Source: a virus. Taken from it: a DNA stretch of 64,000 nucleotides. Made by a program: the position numbers and the translations under genes. Each line of letters opens with the position of its first letter. Position 1 is the first letter of the stretch. This document shows positions 60,669 through 64,000 of this stretch, in pieces. Below the pieces are notes generated by a model. It worked only from the letters and a program-made list of their open reading frames with translations. It did no database searches and was not told where the DNA came from. The stretch lies in the IMG/VR virus record IMGVR_UViG_3300032288_002265, positions 1 to 64,000 of that record. One strand, given 5' to 3'.

Positions 60669-61654
60669 AGACTAGGTGTGGTCAATGGCTTTCGAGAGAA
60701 TTGGCTGGAGACATCAAGGATGCGCTGGCCAGTAACCGGCCGAGGCCAGAGCAGTTCTGGATCGTCGACAACTCGGCGATGAACACGCCTGGATACAGGG
60801 CTTACAACCCAACCATCATCCGCAGCGGTGACAAGACTCTGATGGCATTCCGCCGCCACGGACTGGGCGACCACTCCGATCAGGCAATGGGCGTGGACTC
60901 CCACATCGTGGTCTGCGAGCTCGACCAGGATCTCCGCAGGGCCTCGAACCACCGGATCATCTCCAGCCTGGTCGGGCCGAACTCTGAGGATCCGCGCCTG
61001 TTCCACCACCGGGACGCTGTCCACCTCTCGTACACCTCTGCTGCGTACACTCCAGGCAACGTCTGGGATTGCATGATGCAGTGCGCTCAGCTGAACCAGG
61101 ACTCGGGATCCGCGCTGCTCCACTACGACAATCGGTTCGGCGTGAATGGTGCGTCCCACGAGAAGAACTGGACCTACTTCAGCGACGGCGGAATGCTGCG
61201 GTTCGTCTACAACATCGAGCCGCTGATTGTCTTTGAGGTCGAGACCAGGAAGATATGGTATCACCGGCATCGCGGAGAGTGGGTGTTCGGCATCCCTCAC
61301 GGCGGCACACCTCCGGTCAAGGTGGGCGACCTGTGGATCTCGTTTTTCCACTCGTACCGCAAGCATCCGATCTACAAGCGGCAGTACTTCGTCGGGGCGT
61401 ACGCTTTCGACGAGACGATGAAGGTGCGGATGTTCACCCCCTGGCCGATCTTTGCGGGTGACGCCTCAGATGGGTACTGCTTCGACACAAGCCGATCGAA
61501 CTGGACGCCGATCGTGGCGCTTCCGTGCGGGGCGATATTCGACGGGGATGATTGGACAGTGTCGCTCGGTATCAACGATTCCTACTGCGGCATCTTCAAG
61601 ATTCCTCACAGAGCACTGATGTCTGATCACCTCAAGGAGGTTGTAACTTCTTGA
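60644..61654 (+). CDS. GH130-like beta-propeller glycosidase/phosphorylase
   Basis: YNPTII, SEDPRLF, HEKNW, HGGTPP, PCGA and SLGIND. Confidence 0.75.
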   Translation: MQLHHSFLETRCGQWLSRELAGDIKDALASNRPRPEQFWIVDNSAMNTPGYRAYNPTIIRSGDKTLMAFRRHGLGDHSDQAMGVDSHIVVCELDQDLRRASNHRIISSLVGPNSEDPRLFHHRDAVHLSYTSAAYTPGNVWDCMMQCAQLNQDSGSALLHYDNRFGVNGASHEKNWTYFSDGGMLRFVYNIEPLIVFEVETRKIWYHRHRGEWVFGIPHGGTPPVKVGDLWISFFHSYRKHPIYKRQYFVGAYAFDETMKVRMFTPWPIFAGDASDGYCFDTSRSNWTPIVALPCGAIFDGDDWTVSLGINDSYCGIFKIPHRALMSDHLKEVVTS

Positions 61655-61685
61655 AGAAACCTCTTTGCGAGGGTAACAGACTGGC

Positions 61686-64000
61686 ATGGCGCAACTAACG
61701 GTCAAACCTGCGGATGGAGGCACCTTGATCACAAGGGCCGCATCTGCTGACGTTGGGGCGCAACGGTACACCGCCAAGGTGAACTGGCGGCGCGACCTGA
61801 CCGACGAGATGACCCGTGAGGGTTGGGACTACTTCAACCCGCTCCCAGACGAGGTTGACTTCCAGACGTTCCCGTTCCCTGGATCCTCCTTTCCGATCAA
61901 CCTGATCCACCACGTCCGCCGTCCAAACGGCGAGAGTGCGGTCGTGGTCGGCAACGCAACGACGCTGTACCGGTTCAATACCGTGCTCGAGGGATACACC
62001 ACGGCCGACTACGCCGACGGTGTGCTGGACAGTCCTGCTGGCGCACTGCTGCAACCGTACTTTGCCACGCCCACCCGCTGGCAGATCATCGGCTCTGGAT
62101 TCGATCCGGATGGCCGGCGCTGGGAGGCTGAGAACGTCAACGGATCAACCGTGTTTTCCAACGGGGTCGATCTCCCGGTCGAGTACCGCGTCGAGTACTG
62201 GGAGACCAAGCCGCTCTACGAGCTCCGCGAGCAGGGTGTTATCTGCCTTGGCACCATCGGCGAAGATGCGTCGATACTGATGGGTGGTGATGTCACTGAG
62301 ATTGACTCCACAGACATCGATACTGTCCTTGGCCTGATCACCTCCGGATCGATCACTGTCTCACAGGTTGGGTTTACCCGGAATCGGAACGTCAGTGCGA
62401 CCAGCACCGGCACCGTGGTCACGACGAACACGGCGTTCTTCCAGTCCACCGACGTTGGCCGTGTGCTCGTCTGGTCGAACGGCAAACGTCAGACGATCAC
62501 CGCCCGCAACAGCGCGACCGAGATCGTGGTGTCCTCTGGAGATGCGGTGCCGCTCGGCCGCACGTTCCACATCACTGACTCGCAGCAGATCTCCACGAGT
62601 AATGCTTTCAAGATCACCGCGTCTGCATCGTTCTTTACGAGCGAGATGGACGGCAAGGTTCTGTCCTGGCCAGACGGTTCCGTCCGCACGATTGTCGAGG
62701 TCGTCAGCCCGACGGTTGCCATCGTGGACTCGGACTGGCCGATCCAGGCCGGCGTGGTGAAGTACGACAATCCGAAGGCGTACCTCGGCCTTGAGGATCT
62801 TAAGACGGCCGTCAACCTTTCGCGTCCGAACACTCCGCTGGGCTACAGCCAGCGCCAGTATCGCGCACTCTGGTCGGAACTAGAGCAGCCCACCCGCTTC
62901 GCCGTCCGCATTCCATGCACGTTCGAGGCTCGATCTGGAGTCATCGCTGTCACCCGCACAAACCGATCGATCAAGACCGGCGACGTGGTTGCCATCGAGG
63001 GCGCAGGGGAGTCGGGTGGAACTCTTCAGACTACCGTCACCGGCACTGGCCCTGGTGTGATCACGATCAAGGACAAGACGTTGGTGTCCGGTTCTGGGTC
63101 GGTGACTCGGTTCTCGTCGATCGGCGGCACCGCTGGGTATGAGGATCTCCAGGACGATGGTTCAGCCATCCTGAAGATCGCCCGCCTCCAGGGGCGCGTC
63201 ATCCTCTACAAGGACTCAAACATCTTCGTGGGACGATACACTGGGTCCGCTGAGCGCCCGTTCGAGTTCGAGCGCATCGTCGCGTCCCACGGTCGCAGCC
63301 TGTACTTCCGGAACACGCTGGTCTCGATCAACAACCGGACGCACTTCTACGCAGGTAGGAACCGGTTCTACCAGTTCGACCTAGTGACCCGCGTCCCTAC
63401 GCCGATCGAGTCGGCCGACTACGTATCGAACCTATTCTTCGACACGGCCGACATCGCCGACACCGAGGAGATCTACGCTGCCGACAACCACCTCACCCAG
63501 GAGGTGTGGATCACGTGCCCGTCGTCGCCGACGAAGACGCTCTGCTTCGACCACGTCTACAGCACCTTCTCGACGATCGACTTCGCGTTCACTGCTGCGG
63601 CCCCGGTCAAGGATCCTTCCGCGCCACTGGTGAAGGAGACCTCGAACTGGTTCCTCATGGGCACCTCGAACGGTGTGCTCGTGCAGTACGGCCTGTCCGA
63701 CAAGCCGAACGACGCCTGGGAGGACAAGAAGTCGATCTGGTATCGGCGCAACGCCAGGCCTTACAACGCCACCAAGGCATCGTACCAAGCGACGCTCTCC
63801 AGCGGCCTGATCCACTTCGGTGATCCGTACAACGAGAAGCGCGTCACCTCGTACAACCTCCAGTTCTCTAGCCAGCAGGTTGATGGACCGGTGGCCGAGG
63901 TCGCGTTCTACTCCGCGCTCAACCAGGAGTCCGACGAGTTCGCTCTGGGTACCATGGCGATCTCGAGCGTCGGAAGCCGTGGCCTGGTCCCGCTGCACAC
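61686..64000 (+). CDS. Tail nozzle / DNA-stabilisation protein (3'-truncated, not in the ORF track)
   Basis: ATG at 61686 (MAQLTVKPADGG...NWRRD...REGWDYF); no stop found in the stretches I translated; beta-propeller-like, with WSEL and YKDSNI; follows the adaptor gene. Confidence 0.7.
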   Translation, partial: MAQLTVKPADGGTLITRAASADVGAQRYTAKVNWRRDLTDEMTREGWDYFNPLPDEVDFQTFPFPGSSFPINLIHHVRRPNGESAVVVGNATTLYRFNTVLEGYTTADYADGVLDSPAGALLQPYFATPTRWQIIGSGFDPDGRRWEAENVNGSTVFSNGVDLPVEYRVEYWETKPLYELREQGVICLGTIGEDASILMGGDVTEIDSTDIDTVLGLITSGSITVSQVGFTRNRNVSATSTGTVVTTNTAFFQSTDVGRVLVWSNGKRQTITARNSATEIVVSSGDAVPLGRTFHITDSQQISTSNAFKITASASFFTSEMDGKVLSWPDGSVRTIVEVVSPTVAIVDSDWPIQAGVVKYDNPKAYLGLEDLKTAVNLSRPNTPLGYSQRQYRALWSELEQPTRFAVRIPCTFEARSGVIAVTRTNRSIKTGDVVAIEGAGESGGTLQTTVTGTGPGVITIKDKTLVSGSGSVTRFSSIGGTAGYEDLQDDGSAILKIARLQGRVILYKDSNIFVGRYTGSAERPFEFERIVASHGRSLYFRNTLVSINNRTHFYAGRNRFYQFDLVTRVPTPIESADYVSNLFFDTADIADTEEIYAADNHLTQEVWITCPSSPTKTLCFDHVYSTFSTIDFAFTAAAPVKDPSAPLVKETSNWFLMGTSNGVLVQYGLSDKPNDAWEDKKSIWYRRNARPYNATKASYQATLSSGLIHFGDPYNEKRVTSYNLQFSSQQVDGPVAEVAFYSALNQESDEFALGTMAISSVGSRGLVPLH

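Overview
This window is most of the genome of a tailed dsDNA bacteriophage, GC-rich and probably podovirus-like. It is cut inside the tail module: a tail-fibre gene probably enters from the left edge and a nozzle-like gene runs off the right edge. Layout: (1) 1-21.9 kb, + strand: tail fibre, chaperone, double glycosyltransferase, Ig-domain fibre, cupin, GNAT and three ejection-type proteins, the last of 3467 aa. (2) 22.0-37.7 kb, - strand: tyrosine recombinase, HTH/RHH regulators, DHH phosphoesterase, ThyX, a GP88-like protein, RadC, an i-type lysozyme and many small early-type ORFs. (3) 37.7-38.3 kb: non-coding, with a G-quadruplex motif and phased repeats. (4) 38.6-50.3 kb, - strand: nucleotide, replication and recombination genes (metallophosphoesterase, methyltransferase, HU-like, DnaB, initiator, MazG-like, SSB-like, AAA ATPase, PD-(D/E)XK nuclease, RusA-like, Xis-like) and TerL. 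(5) 50.3-64 kb, + strand: portal, scaffold, major capsid, lysis-type membrane proteins, an adaptor-phosphoesterase fusion, glycan enzymes and the nozzle. I saw no DNA polymerase, tRNA or CRISPR array. The most unusual observations are: about 10 TAGGGAC-N2-4-GTCCCTA palindromes in the early region, several followed by a GC-rich hairpin; a RusA-like resolvase whose two halves lie in two fully overlapping reading frames; a circularly permuted Cas4/AddB-type nuclease; an A_AAA_AAG -1 frameshift candidate upstream of the portal; a shared late-promoter-like motif; and glycan-modifying enzymes embedded among virion genes. All product calls come from reading motifs by eye; no database searches were run.
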